Assembly (NCBI GenBank): GCA_965207885.1
Contig: OZ242311.1
Coordinates: 1,056,001-1,120,000 of the forward strand
From: Candidatus Latescibacterota bacterium
GTDB taxonomy: Bacteria; Latescibacterota; UBA2968
Direction of reading: 5' to 3'
Length of the DNA stretch: 64,000 nt
Shown: one piece after another, positions 49,268 to 60,104 of the stretch
Layout of the letters: the number at the start of each line of letters is the position of its first letter
Position numbering within the stretch: position 1 is the stretch's first letter
Notes under the pieces: generated by a model
Database searches by the model: none
Told to the model about the DNA's origin: nothing
Seen by the model: the letters and a program-made list of their open reading frames with translations, nothing else
Made by a program: the position numbers and the translations under genes

Positions 49268-50713
49268 ATGTCAGACCATCTGCCAAATATCCTGTGGTAC
49301 TGCACCGACCAACAGCGCTTCGACACCATCGGCGCGCTGGGCAATCCCCACGCTCGCACCCCAGCACTCGACCGGTTGGTATCCGATGGCGTGGCTTTCA
49401 CGCGCGCCTACTGCCAGCATCCTATCTGCACCCCGAGCCGTGCCAGCTTTATGACCGGGCGCTATCCCAGTGCAGTACACGTCAATTACAACGGCAATGA
49501 CTACTTTCCCAAAGAAGCCGAGGCCACGCTCGTGAGCCGCTTGCTGGCAGAGGCCGGCTACGATTGCGGGCTGGTTGGAAAACTACATCTGGCGGGGAGC
49601 AAGAACGGGCGCGAATCCCGAGCCGACGATGGGTTCAGGTACTTCCAGTGGAACCACACTTTAGTTAACCCCCTGTCGCCCGACCAGGATGATTACGCCG
49701 ATTGGCTGAGTAAAAAAGGTCTGGATCCCGCCGAAGTCGTCAGGCTCCCGCACCGGAAGTTGGACCGCGTTATGGCCCCAACACCCGAACGCGACAACGT
49801 ACCACCCGACCTGCATCAGACCACCTGGTGTACGGAGAAAGCCCTTGAGTTTATCGGCCAGGCACAGGCCCCCTGGATGCTGTGCGTGAATGTCTTCTAT
49901 CCCCACAAACCCTTTAACCCGCCCTGGGAATACTATCGTCGGTTCGATCCCGCCGCCATGCCCTTACCACACTTCCGCGAAAGCGACATCGCCCACCAGG
50001 ACAGGCTGGCGGAGATGGGCGTGCGTTTTCAGACGCGCTCTCTTCCCCCCGATGAGAGAAACGCCCGGGCCCTGTATGCTGCGTACTGCGCCATGGTCGC
50101 GCTGGTAGATGACCAGTTCGGACGCATCCTGAGCTTTTTGGACGAAACCGCACAGCGCGAAAACACGGTTGTGCTCTTCACCAGCGATCACGGTGAAATG
50201 CTCGGGGACCACGGCCTGGTTCTGAAGGGCTGCCGCTTTTACGAAGGCGGAGTACACGTTCCCCTCATCTGGTCGTGGCCCGAACGCTTCCGGTGCGGTA
50301 TGCGCAGCCCGGCTCTGGTCGAACTCATCGATATCGCGCCCACCTTGCTGGATCTGGCTGGATTGTCGATTCCCGAGCGCATGCAGGGAAAGTCGTTGCT
50401 GCCCATCCTGACCGGGCGTGCAGAACCGGATAAGCACCGGGAATTTGTGCGGTCTGAATACTTCGACCACCGGCCATCCAGTCCCGTACACGCGACGATG
50501 TACCGGGACGACCAGTGGAAGATCGTGGCCTACCACAGTGCCGCGCACGATGATCTGGGCGAACTCTACGACCTGGAAAACGATCCCTGGGAGTTTACCG
50601 ATCTGTGGCAGAATCCGGAATATCGGGACCTGAAATTGCAGCTTTTGAAAAAAAACTTTGACGCTCGTGTGTTATCGATGGATCCCGGTCCTCCGCAAAC
50701 AATGAGTTTTTAA
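49268..50713 (+). CDS. Sulfatase
   Basis: PNILWYCTDQ, CTPSR, GKLHL and TSDHG; close paralog of 5967-7424. Confidence 0.92.
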   Translation: MSDHLPNILWYCTDQQRFDTIGALGNPHARTPALDRLVSDGVAFTRAYCQHPICTPSRASFMTGRYPSAVHVNYNGNDYFPKEAEATLVSRLLAEAGYDCGLVGKLHLAGSKNGRESRADDGFRYFQWNHTLVNPLSPDQDDYADWLSKKGLDPAEVVRLPHRKLDRVMAPTPERDNVPPDLHQTTWCTEKALEFIGQAQAPWMLCVNVFYPHKPFNPPWEYYRRFDPAAMPLPHFRESDIAHQDRLAEMGVRFQTRSLPPDERNARALYAAYCAMVALVDDQFGRILSFLDETAQRENTVVLFTSDHGEMLGDHGLVLKGCRFYEGGVHVPLIWSWPERFRCGMRSPALVELIDIAPTLLDLAGLSIPERMQGKSLLPILTGRAEPDKHREFVRSEYFDHRPSSPVHATMYRDDQWKIVAYHSAAHDDLGELYDLENDPWEFTDLWQNPEYRDLKLQLLKKNFDARVLSMDPGPPQTMSF

Positions 50714-50724
50714 GGAGATATTAG

Positions 50725-52311
50725 ATGAACTCGAGTAGATCGACGGAAAATAGCGCAAGACCAAATATCCTCCTGATTATGGTCGATGATATGGGCTTTT
50801 CCGACCTGGGATGCTATGGCGGCGAGATCCGCACGCCCAACCTCGACCGGCTTGCCTCAAACGGCCTTCGCTTCACCCAGTTTTACAACAATGCCCTGTG
50901 CGCACCCACGCGGGCGTCTCTGCTGACCGGGCTTTACTCCCAGCAAGTCAGCAGGGGAGGGCCGAAGGGCTGTGTTACCATCGCCGAGGTACTCAAGGCG
51001 GCTGGCTACCGCACCCTCATGGCGGGAAAATGGCATCTGTCCGGGCTCTTCGCAGGATTACCCGTCGAACGGGGTTTCGATCGCTATTACGGCCTCGTCG
51101 ATGGGTGCTGTAACTTCTTTAACCCGGGTCTGCAACGATCCGGTGAAGAACGGCCCGGTGAAAAATTTCCGGATGACAATCCCGCATTTGCCATCGACGA
51201 CAGGGTCATCCAGCCCTATACACCCGAGGATAAAGACTTCTACACCACCGACGCGTTCACAGATTACGCCCTTGGATACCTGGACGAGTACGGGCGGGAA
51301 GACAGACCTTTCTTCCTCTACGTGGCCTATACTGCGCCGCACTATCCCCTGCACGCCTGGCCGAGGGATATCGCAAAGTATAAGGGCAAATACAAAGTCG
51401 GTTGGGACAGGCTGCGGGAGCAGCGCCTCAAACGCATGGTCGAGATGGGCCTGATTGACGAGCGGTGGGCCCTTTCGGCGCGCGATCCGGATTCGCTGTC
51501 TTGGGAGGAGATCGAGGATCGAGATGCCTGGGATCTGAAGATGGCTGTTTACGCGGCCATGATTGACCGCGTGGACCAGAATGTCGGGCGCCTGCAGGCC
51601 AAACTCCGCGAACTCGGTATAGAGGAAAACACCCTCGTGCTATTTCTGTCCGACAACGGCGCCAGCGATGAAGACAGGACCAACACGCCCGCTATTCCGC
51701 CCGGTCCCGCGGCGTCGTACCGTACGGTAGATCTACCCTGGGCCAATCTCAGCAATACGCCTTTTCGCAAATTCAAGCGGTGGAATCACGAGGGTGGCAT
51801 CTCTACACCGTTTATCGCACACTGGCCGCGCGTGATTCAAAACGGGGGCGAGATCACCCATCAGATCGGTCACCTCATCGATGTTATGGCTACCTGTACC
51901 GATATTGCAGGGGCGGAATACCCGTCCTCCCACAAAGGCGTCCTGCCCCTGGAAGGCAAGAGCCTGTTGCCGGTTTTCAGAGGCGAACAGCGCGAGGGCC
52001 ACAGGGCGCTGTACTGGAATCAGTATAGTGAGACCGCCCTCTGGCGTGCCGTGAGAATGGGAAAATGGAAACTCGTCTCTCCTGATTATTGGAGAGATTA
52101 CAATCCCTGGCGTCCTGAAAGAGAGGCAAGGTCAGAACAAAAAGCGCGGCCGGACCCGAATTCGCTTTGGGAACTTTACGATATGGAGGTTGATCGAACA
52201 GAGGTGAATGACCTTGCGGATCAATACCCGGATCTGGTGAAAGAGATGGCCGAGATGTATGATGTATGGGAAAGGCATGTCCGGGGTGATTCGGGAATTG
52301 GCTCAGGTTAG
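50725..52311 (+). CDS. Arylsulfatase
   Basis: PNILLIMVDD, CAPTR, GKWHL and SDNG motifs. Confidence 0.92.
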   Translation: MNSSRSTENSARPNILLIMVDDMGFSDLGCYGGEIRTPNLDRLASNGLRFTQFYNNALCAPTRASLLTGLYSQQVSRGGPKGCVTIAEVLKAAGYRTLMAGKWHLSGLFAGLPVERGFDRYYGLVDGCCNFFNPGLQRSGEERPGEKFPDDNPAFAIDDRVIQPYTPEDKDFYTTDAFTDYALGYLDEYGREDRPFFLYVAYTAPHYPLHAWPRDIAKYKGKYKVGWDRLREQRLKRMVEMGLIDERWALSARDPDSLSWEEIEDRDAWDLKMAVYAAMIDRVDQNVGRLQAKLRELGIEENTLVLFLSDNGASDEDRTNTPAIPPGPAASYRTVDLPWANLSNTPFRKFKRWNHEGGISTPFIAHWPRVIQNGGEITHQIGHLIDVMATCTDIAGAEYPSSHKGVLPLEGKSLLPVFRGEQREGHRALYWNQYSETALWRAVRMGKWKLVSPDYWRDYNPWRPEREARSEQKARPDPNSLWELYDMEVDRTEVNDLADQYPDLVKEMAEMYDVWERHVRGDSGIGSG

Positions 52312-52354
52312 AGTTGACTTTTCTCTGGTCTCGAAACACTTTTGAAGGTAGTCT

Positions 52355-53912
52355 TTGAAAAGAAACGAGGTCGAACTGATGGCACTCTCAGATGCGCAAA
52401 TCAAGGCTCTTCGCAAAGCGGCCGCCGGGCGCAAACGCCGGATTGTCTTTCACTCCGACGGGCAGCCCATAGAGCGAATTCTCGCGCATGCGGTGGGTAC
52501 CCGGGTCGATACGTGTACCTATTCACTGGTGCATCAGTTCAACCTGTCCCGTTTGTATCGCACCGCAGTCGGACAGGAGTGGCCGCCAGAAGGCATCGAG
52601 CTCGACGATAAGGGGCGCGATGGGCTTCAGATCTACCTCGAGTTCTGTCGCGAGAATAACTTCGAGGCCTTCTGGGCCATGCGCATGAACGATACCCACG
52701 ATGCTGGCGATTACGAGGATGCGAGGTGGAAGATCGCCAACAACAAGCTCAAACAGGAACAACCCGACTGGCTGGTGGGTACCCAGGAGGATCTGCCTCC
52801 TCACGGTCGCTGGACATCGGTCAATTACGGACGGCCCGAAATTCGCGACCAGGCCTTTCGCCTGTGGGAAGACGTGGCTCGTCGCTACGATATCGATGGG
52901 TTCATGTTCGATTTCTTTCGGCATCCGACCCTGTTCAAGAGCGCCGCCTGGGGTGAGGAGGTCAGTGATGCAGAGCGCGAGAGTATGACCGATCTGATGC
53001 GCAGGACCAGAGCGATGACCGATGAAATTGGTGCGGAGCGTGCCCGGCCCATCCTCCTGTCCGTTCGCACCCCGGATTCCGTCGGGTACTGCAACGGAAT
53101 GGGTATCCAGATAGAAAAATGGATGGCCGAGGATTTGATCGACATCTGGATTCCGGGCGGATACTTCCGCCTGCAGGAATGGTCCGAGAGTGTCGCCCTC
53201 GGTCACAGATACGGCGTTCAGGTCTGGGCGGCTCTGGACGAATGTCGCGTCCAAACCCCTTTGCCTCAACTAACTGAGGTTTCCAGGCACCTCGAGTGCG
53301 AACTCTCCGCCGCTTCCGGTGTGACGCCGCCCTTTTCTGTGGTGCGCAATTCGCTGGAAGCGTACCGGGCGCGATCTGTCAACGCCTTAAACGCGGGGGC
53401 CGATTCGGTCTATTTCTTCAATTTGACGCGCTGGCAGATTCTCCACGATCTGGGCGATCCAGATACGCTCGCCCATTTGAACAAGGTTTATTGCCCCGTT
53501 TTCCGGGGGCGACAGGCCATGGATGCCGGGTTATTGGCTGAAGGATGGCGATCGCTTCTACACGCGTCCAGGGGTCTTTTCCCCCGAGGATCCGCATACT
53601 TTGAATGCTGGCGAGTTCCTGGAGATTGACCTGACTGTCGGGGATGATCTGGCTAGTGCCGGGGCTAGCGGCTTCAGGCCCAGGGCAACTCTGTGTCTTC
53701 AAGCTGAAGCATTAACCGATGCCAGCGACGTATCTATCACCTTCAACGGTAATCCCCTTGTCTGCACGGGGCTCACCGATGTTTGGGCGACCTATACCGT
53801 GAATCCCCGGAAGGTGAAATTGGGCTCAAACCGAATTGAGATCGCGCACAATGCGCCAGGCGGCGACGCGCTCACCCTTTGCGACTTACAGCTCTGGATA
53901 GAGTATGAGTAG
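52355..53912 (+). CDS. Glycoside-hydrolase-like TIM-barrel protein (GHL10-like) with a C-terminal beta domain, frameshifted near 53505
   Basis: MRMNDTHD, NYGRPEIR and YDIDGFMFDFFRH motifs; continues in the +1 frame as 53523-53912. Confidence 0.65.
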
Positions 53913-54003
53913 TGTTTGTCTTGTCCGCCCGGTTGATGTGATGTTAGTCGAAGAAGAATCAATGATCCTCAGGAACTCTCTATAATCTCTAAGGAGGATA
54001 CTC

Positions 54004-54927
54004 ATGTCCACTTTTAACATTCCCGACGGTACCCGGGTTTCGATGTCTGGGCGCGAACTCGTCTTTGGCGAAACCATTTTCACCCCCAGAGAAGCCACCC
54101 ATCTGCTCGACGATACCGAGGCCCTTCACCAGCGCATCGAAGAAGACGGCTATCTCATCATTCGCAACTTTCATACGCGGCAGCAAATTCAAAATGCCCG
54201 GCGAGAAATTCTGGAAAACATGGCCGCCCAGAATCTCCTTGCCCCGGACACGCCTCTGGACAAGGCGGTGATTGGCGAAAATCGCCGTCCCCGCTTTCCG
54301 GATCGACTTGTAAAACAATGGCCGGGATTTCTCGAAATCGTTGAAGGTAAAAACACCATGGACTTCTTTGAACGCTTCATGGGTGGCCCCGTACTTTCAT
54401 TTGACCACAAATGGCTCCGCGTGATCTGCCGCGGTCAGAATGCGGGGGCGCATTACGATGTGGTCTATATGGGTGCCGGCACCAAAAAACTCTATACGAT
54501 GTGGACCGCGCTCGGCGATATATCTCTGGACATGGGTCCGCTTGCTCTCTGTTTAGGCTCCCACAAAATCCAGCATCTCAAAAATACTTACGGCGCAATG
54601 GACGCGCATCAAGATCTGGACGGGGGTGCGTTTTCCACCGATCCCGATGACGTTATGAAAACTCTGGGTGTCCGCTGGGCATCTACTCCTTTTAACGCGG
54701 GCGATGTCGTCATTTTCGGCATGTATTTCATGCACGCCTCACTTGAAAACACGTCCAATTATTTTCGCTTTAGCAGCGATACCCGTTATCAACTCGCATC
54801 CGAAGCGATTGACGATCGCCATATGGGAGAGGACGCGGGCGACGTCATTCCCAAGGCTCCTCTGGAAGATCGAAAATCCATTTTGAAACTCCGCAAAGAA
54901 TGGGGCTTTACCTCAAAAGCAAAGTAG
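54004..54927 (+). CDS. PhyH family 2OG-Fe(II) dioxygenase
   Basis: AHYDVVYM, GSH, MHAS and SSDTRYQ motifs. Confidence 0.87.
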   Translation: MSTFNIPDGTRVSMSGRELVFGETIFTPREATHLLDDTEALHQRIEEDGYLIIRNFHTRQQIQNARREILENMAAQNLLAPDTPLDKAVIGENRRPRFPDRLVKQWPGFLEIVEGKNTMDFFERFMGGPVLSFDHKWLRVICRGQNAGAHYDVVYMGAGTKKLYTMWTALGDISLDMGPLALCLGSHKIQHLKNTYGAMDAHQDLDGGAFSTDPDDVMKTLGVRWASTPFNAGDVVIFGMYFMHASLENTSNYFRFSSDTRYQLASEAIDDRHMGEDAGDVIPKAPLEDRKSILKLRKEWGFTSKAK

Positions 54928-54950
54928 AGCGGAGTAAGGAGAAGGGTGCG

Positions 54951-57439
54951 ATGAATGCTTTGACCGGATTGTGTCGATTACGAGACCGGGGAAACTGGAA
55001 TAAATTTCCCCGCAATTGGATCCTCTTGGTGGGGATAGGAATTACGATCCTCGTATCTGCTGTTTCTGCCCAGGAAGAGGGTGAAACAGAACAGAAGGTG
55101 GTGCTTTCCAAAGCCGAGAAGGACACTCTGCTTGCCCGGGGAGAGCAACAGATGCTCGAAGGCGCGCCCGGCGATGCGGTCATTACCTTCACCCGGCTGG
55201 TTGAGGCTTATCCGGAGGATGCCGCCCTTCGCTCTCGGCTCGGCTACGCCTACCTCAAAAATCGGGACTTCAAGGCAGCCGAAAAGACCTTCAAAACGGC
55301 CAAAAATCTGGATGCAACCCGTCCCGATGCCTATGTAGGTCTCGGGCTGGTCTATGTGGAGGGCCCCGGTAGGGGACTCAATGCCTTCTTTAACTCCAGG
55401 CGTGCTCGAGGCGAGGCCAGGCGGGCGATCAGGATTGATTCTACTTATGCCCCGGCCTACCGGCTTTTGGGCGAACTCTACGAGCGCTTCTGGCAGGATC
55501 ACGAGAAAGCCATCCACTACTATGAGAAGTACGTAGCGCTGGAGCCCGACAATGTAGATGGGCTTTACTACTTCGGACTCGCCTGTGTGCAGGGCGAACA
55601 GTACAGCAAGATCAACACATACCTCACGCCTCACTTGAAACCGCATCTCAGAGAGACCCGGCTGATCCCCTTAATAGCCCAGGGCTACTTCTTTTTAGAG
55701 CGCTATGAAACCGCCTTAGAACAGTTTGAGCGCTATCTGCAGAAGGTAGATGATCAGGACGCCAGCACTATACCGACATCTCGCTCGTTGCATCTGAGAG
55801 GGAACTCCACGCCTATCAAGCGATCTCTGACAGTACCGAGCGTCTGGACTACCTGGAAAAATTCTGGTTGCGGCGAGATTCCGATATCCTGACGCGGATC
55901 AACGAGCGCATCATTGAACATTATCGCCGGGTCTGGTACGCACGCACCTTTTTTTCCAAAAAGGTATTCCCATGGGACAAGCGGGGAGAGGTCTATATTC
56001 GTTACGGAGAGCCCGACTACCGTTCCAGTAAGAGGCAGTTGAGTGTGAGCCCTGAGGTCGAGGCGGTGCGCACCCGGATGGCCGTGGACCTGTACGGGCC
56101 TGCCGCCACGTATTTAACCTTTACCGGGCCAGTCTTTCCCATCCGATCCAGTCCTCGTCGTCCCGATATGGAGTTCGATATCGAAACGGGGTCCCTCGAC
56201 GCGCCCGGGGAGTTGGAAGAGACCGTGGGGCCGGCTCCGGCAGAAGCGGAAGGAGATGCCAACGCCGATATGCTCGGTCTTAATCCCACGAGCATGTTGG
56301 ATGAGTTGGGAAATCCAAACCTCCGCCTCACCTTCGAAAACTACGCTCCAGTGACGATGGAACGCAGCGCTGAAACCGTGCCCTGGGAGACGTGGACTTA
56401 CACCCAGTTCCAGGGGGGTGTGGAGTTTACTTTTACCGATGAGTTCGGCAGCGGCGATTACGAGTTTGCCCGGGTTCCCCCCATTCCCACTGGAGAGAAT
56501 AAGCTTGCAAATGCCGCGCGAATGCTCGAATATGCTCCCGGGACGGTCTTCCAGAGGACCATTGCACAAACTCCTGATTATTATCGTCCGAGCATACGAG
56601 GTGCCGCTTTGCATTTCTATTACGATCTGGCCGATTTCCGCGGTTCCGAGGGACAGACCAATTTCGAAGTCTATTACGGTATTCCCCCCCGAGAGGTGGA
56701 GATCGTCAAGGGAGACGAGGACTTCATGATCCGGGTGCAGAGTTCCATGGCTCTGATGAACGAGGATTATACCCATATTTACCGAGCTGCAGATGAGTTT
56801 TTCTACCAGAACAGCAAGGGTTTCAGTCAGGCGAGGGGGGTGTTTGTGCCCGACCAGCTTCGGGTTCAGGTACCGCCCGGGAAATACGAGCTACAGGTTC
56901 AGCTCAAGGACAGGGCTTCGGGGCGCATCGGGATCTATAAGCAGTCTGTAGAGGTCCCGGACTATGCACTGGAGGGCCTCCATGTCAGCGGTATCCAGCT
57001 CGCTTCTTCAATTGGCGGTGAAGGGACGAACGACCGATTTCGGAAGGGCGAACTCTGGGTGGTTCCGGTGCCTTCCAGGACATATACGAAGAAGCAGAAG
57101 GTCTATGCCTATTTCGAGATCTACAATTTGAAACGGAATGACTACGGTCAGACCCGTTACAAGGTAAAATACCTGGTGCGGTTCACGCCTGAAGCTGCTG
57201 TGGGAATTGCCGGGGCGATTACGACCGGGCTCCGTTCGCTCTTCAAGCGGAGAAAACCCCAGGTGTCGGTGACCTACGAGCAGATAGGGACGGAGCGGTC
57301 CGAGTACGAATATGTCGAACTCGACCTGAGGCAGGCAAAAGCTGGCGTGAATGTATTGGAGATTACCGTTGAAGATCTGGTCAGCGGTGAGGTCAGGGTG
57401 CGAGAGGTGGTTTTTTATTACGGAGGTACGCCGGGATAG
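54951..57439 (+). CDS. TPR + GWxTD-domain protein, split by a 1-nt frameshift near 55759
   Basis: Signal peptide and TPR repeats in 54951-55760; FW..RD...NER..EHYRRV.YA...WDKRGEVYIRYGEPD in the next frame. Confidence 0.78.
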
Positions 57440-57550
57440 GTGGATGTGGACCGCTTCAAAAGAGGGACCGCAGAGAACGCTTGACCTGGAGAAAATTCTG
57501 CGGTTGATTACAAGGCGATGCGTGGATAAAAACTGATTGGAGGGTTTCCC

Positions 57551-58426
57551 ATGAAATACGGACTGAGTGTGGAACAGGTGGCGCAGTTCCACGACGATGG
57601 TTTTTTGATCGTCCGCGATCAGCTTCCGAAAGAAGCGTACCAACCGTTTCTCGATGAAGTTGTAGCTAAAATTGATGAGGTGGTGAGCGAGGCGGTGGGT
57701 GAGGGGCTGCTCGATCCGGGGGATACGTTTCCCGACGCGTCTTTTGAGACCCGATTGGCTCTGGTGTCGAATGCCTGTTCGAAGCCAGAGCGGATCTGGA
57801 AAAATTTTCAGGGTAAGAGATTTAAGACGCCCGGGATGTTCGCGCTCAGGACGCATCCCGCTATACTGGATGCGACTGAATCTCTGATTGGTCCTGAAAT
57901 TTTTGCCCATCCGCAGTCCAATCTGCGCGCAAAATTGCCGGATCTGGAGGCGACCGTGGTGCCGTGGCATCAGGATCTGGCGTATCTCATACCGGAGGAT
58001 GCGGGAGAGACGCTTTTTGTCAATTTCTGGATCCCACTGGTTAAGGCGACGGCTGATAACGGCTGTTTGCAGGTGCTTCGCGGTTCCCATCGGGTTGGTC
58101 TTTTGCCGCATGATTATCGAACGCCCCACTTTAAAGGGGTCTTCGAAAGCGAGCTTCCAGATTCTGAGGTCGTGACCTGCGAGGTGGATGTGGGCGATGT
58201 ATTGTTGACGATGGAGCGGGTTCTTCATCGATCAACCCCGCATACGACAAATTCGGTCAGGTGGAGTCTGGATGTTCGCTATAGCCGCATTGGGCTTCCG
58301 ACGGGTCGTGAGGATGTGCCGGGTTTTATCGCTCGAAGCCGGGTTAATCCGGAGAGCGTGGCGAGGTCCCATCACGATTGGATCAGGAATTACGAGTTGG
58401 CGGGTATCGATCCGTTCGGCAATTGA
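57551..58426 (+). CDS. PhyH family 2OG-Fe(II) dioxygenase
   Basis: WHQD, NGCL, GSH, LHRS and RWSLDVRY motifs. Confidence 0.9.
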   Translation: MKYGLSVEQVAQFHDDGFLIVRDQLPKEAYQPFLDEVVAKIDEVVSEAVGEGLLDPGDTFPDASFETRLALVSNACSKPERIWKNFQGKRFKTPGMFALRTHPAILDATESLIGPEIFAHPQSNLRAKLPDLEATVVPWHQDLAYLIPEDAGETLFVNFWIPLVKATADNGCLQVLRGSHRVGLLPHDYRTPHFKGVFESELPDSEVVTCEVDVGDVLLTMERVLHRSTPHTTNSVRWSLDVRYSRIGLPTGREDVPGFIARSRVNPESVARSHHDWIRNYELAGIDPFGN

Positions 58427-58436
58427 GGAGGGTTTT

Positions 58437-59687
58437 ATGGAACTGACAGGAGAACAGCAGGCAGTTCTGGATGGGTCGCGGGGAGACTATCTGGCTAAGT
58501 GCATGCGCTGGCTGGTTGATTGGGGTGAGGTAATGGGGGCAAAACGGCTGATTAAGGTGGATAATACACACGCTTTGCTGCCGGTGCCCAATTTGATGGC
58601 TCAGGGGGCGTCCAAAGAGACGATGGACCGATATATGGCCGATCTCGTGGAGGCGTGTTCTCATGGGACACATCCTGGATGTACCTGTACGGTGCATGCC
58701 GCGTTTGTGACTCTGGATGATGTAGATGTGCCGGAAAATGATCCCGAACAGGTGCAGATGCAGAAGGATCTGGCGGTTCTGGCTGCGGATGCGGGATTTA
58801 TTCCCACTTTTACCTGTGCTCCGTACCTGGTGGGCAATGTGCCGCTCAAGGACGAGATTCTGGCGTGGACGGAGTCGTCTGCGGTGGTTTATGCGAATTC
58901 TATTCTGGGCGCGCGAACTACGCGGCACGGCACGGAGAGCGCGATTGCAGCCTCGCTTCTGGGTCTGGTTCCGGAGTTTGGCGTGTTGCTGGATGAGAAT
59001 CGCAAGGGTACGCTTCGGATAGAGGTGACGGCGGAGTTGGAGGATCCACCGGATTGGGGCGCGCTGGGCTATTTTGCGGGGAAAGCAGCGGGTCTGGGTA
59101 TTCCGGTATTCAATGGCATACGACGACCCTCTCAGGACGAGGCCAAGCAACTCTGTGCGGCTCTGGCGACTTCGGGCGGGGTTACGATGTGTCATATCGC
59201 GGGTGTTACGCCAGAGGCGCCCACGATAGATGCGGCTTTTCAGGGGGATGTTCCAGAAGAATATTTGACGTTTGATGCAGAGACGTTGAGGGAGACTTAT
59301 GAGTCTTTACGGGTGCGCACGGGAGATGAAATCGATTCGGTCATTCTGGGTTGTCCGCATGCGTCTATTAATGAATTGTCGAAGATTGCCGCTCTTTTGA
59401 AGGGGAAAAAGGTGGCGGAAGGCGTGCGGCTGTGGATCGATACGGCGAGGGGTACCAAGGGGAATGCGGATAGGATGGGTTATACGGAGATTATCGAGGC
59501 GGCTGGCGGGCGCATTCTTTGCGATACCTGTCCGACAAATATGCGGATTCCGGCGAAGCGCATTGTGACCCACGGTTTTAAGCAGGCGCACTACGCGCGG
59601 GGGATGGTGGGTGCAGAAGTGATTATTGCCAAAACGGAGGCCTGCATACGCGCAGCAGTTGCCGGGAGGTGGCTCGGAGATGGCTGA
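58437..59687 (+). CDS. Aconitase X large (catalytic) subunit (DUF521)
   Basis: TCAPY, AWTESSAVVYANS, GVTPEA, LGCPH and DTCP motifs, giving three Fe-S cysteines. Confidence 0.9.
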   Translation: MELTGEQQAVLDGSRGDYLAKCMRWLVDWGEVMGAKRLIKVDNTHALLPVPNLMAQGASKETMDRYMADLVEACSHGTHPGCTCTVHAAFVTLDDVDVPENDPEQVQMQKDLAVLAADAGFIPTFTCAPYLVGNVPLKDEILAWTESSAVVYANSILGARTTRHGTESAIAASLLGLVPEFGVLLDENRKGTLRIEVTAELEDPPDWGALGYFAGKAAGLGIPVFNGIRRPSQDEAKQLCAALATSGGVTMCHIAGVTPEAPTIDAAFQGDVPEEYLTFDAETLRETYESLRVRTGDEIDSVILGCPHASINELSKIAALLKGKKVAEGVRLWIDTARGTKGNADRMGYTEIIEAAGGRILCDTCPTNMRIPAKRIVTHGFKQAHYARGMVGAEVIIAKTEACIRAAVAGRWLGDG

Positions 59688-60096
59688 TACTATTGATATC
59701 AGAGGACACGGCGTGGTTAAGGGATACGCAGAGGGCGAGGCGCTGGTGGCTGATACGACGCTGTCGTTCTGGGGCGAGGTGGATGCTATTACGGGTAAGG
59801 TGATCGGCGTGGGGCATCCTCTGGAGGGGATTTCTCTGGGGGGGCGCGTGCTGGTTATTCGCTCGACCAAAGGTTCTTCGGGTACGCCTATGGTTTTGAA
59901 TCTGGCACAGTTGGAGGGCAATGCGCCTGCGGCTTTTGTCAATGTGGAGGTGGATGGGTTGGCTGCGCTCGGATGTATTGTCAATGAGATTCCGATGATG
60001 ACAGAGTTGGAACGGGATCCGTTTGAGCTGATCGCTACGGGCGACCACGTGGTGGTAGATGCCGATGAGGGCGTGCTGCGGGTGACGCGAAAGTGA
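59680..60096 (+). CDS. Aconitase X small (swivel) subunit (DUF126)
   Basis: AEGEALV, SFWG, HPL and KGSSG motifs. Confidence 0.9.
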   Translation: MADTIDIRGHGVVKGYAEGEALVADTTLSFWGEVDAITGKVIGVGHPLEGISLGGRVLVIRSTKGSSGTPMVLNLAQLEGNAPAAFVNVEVDGLAALGCIVNEIPMMTELERDPFELIATGDHVVVDADEGVLRVTRK

Positions 60097-60104
60097 GGCG
60101 TTAA

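Noticed and set aside
43891-57439. Programmed frameshifting or recoding as a shared mechanism for the three frame breaks
   Set aside because: The shift directions and contexts differ and there is no common slippery motif; sequencing error or early decay is more parsimonious.
57440-57550. Possible att site or gene remnant at the right edge of the 20-kb block
   Set aside because: Only a weak RBS-like similarity (ttcaaa.gagg) to the left edge; not a convincing direct repeat.
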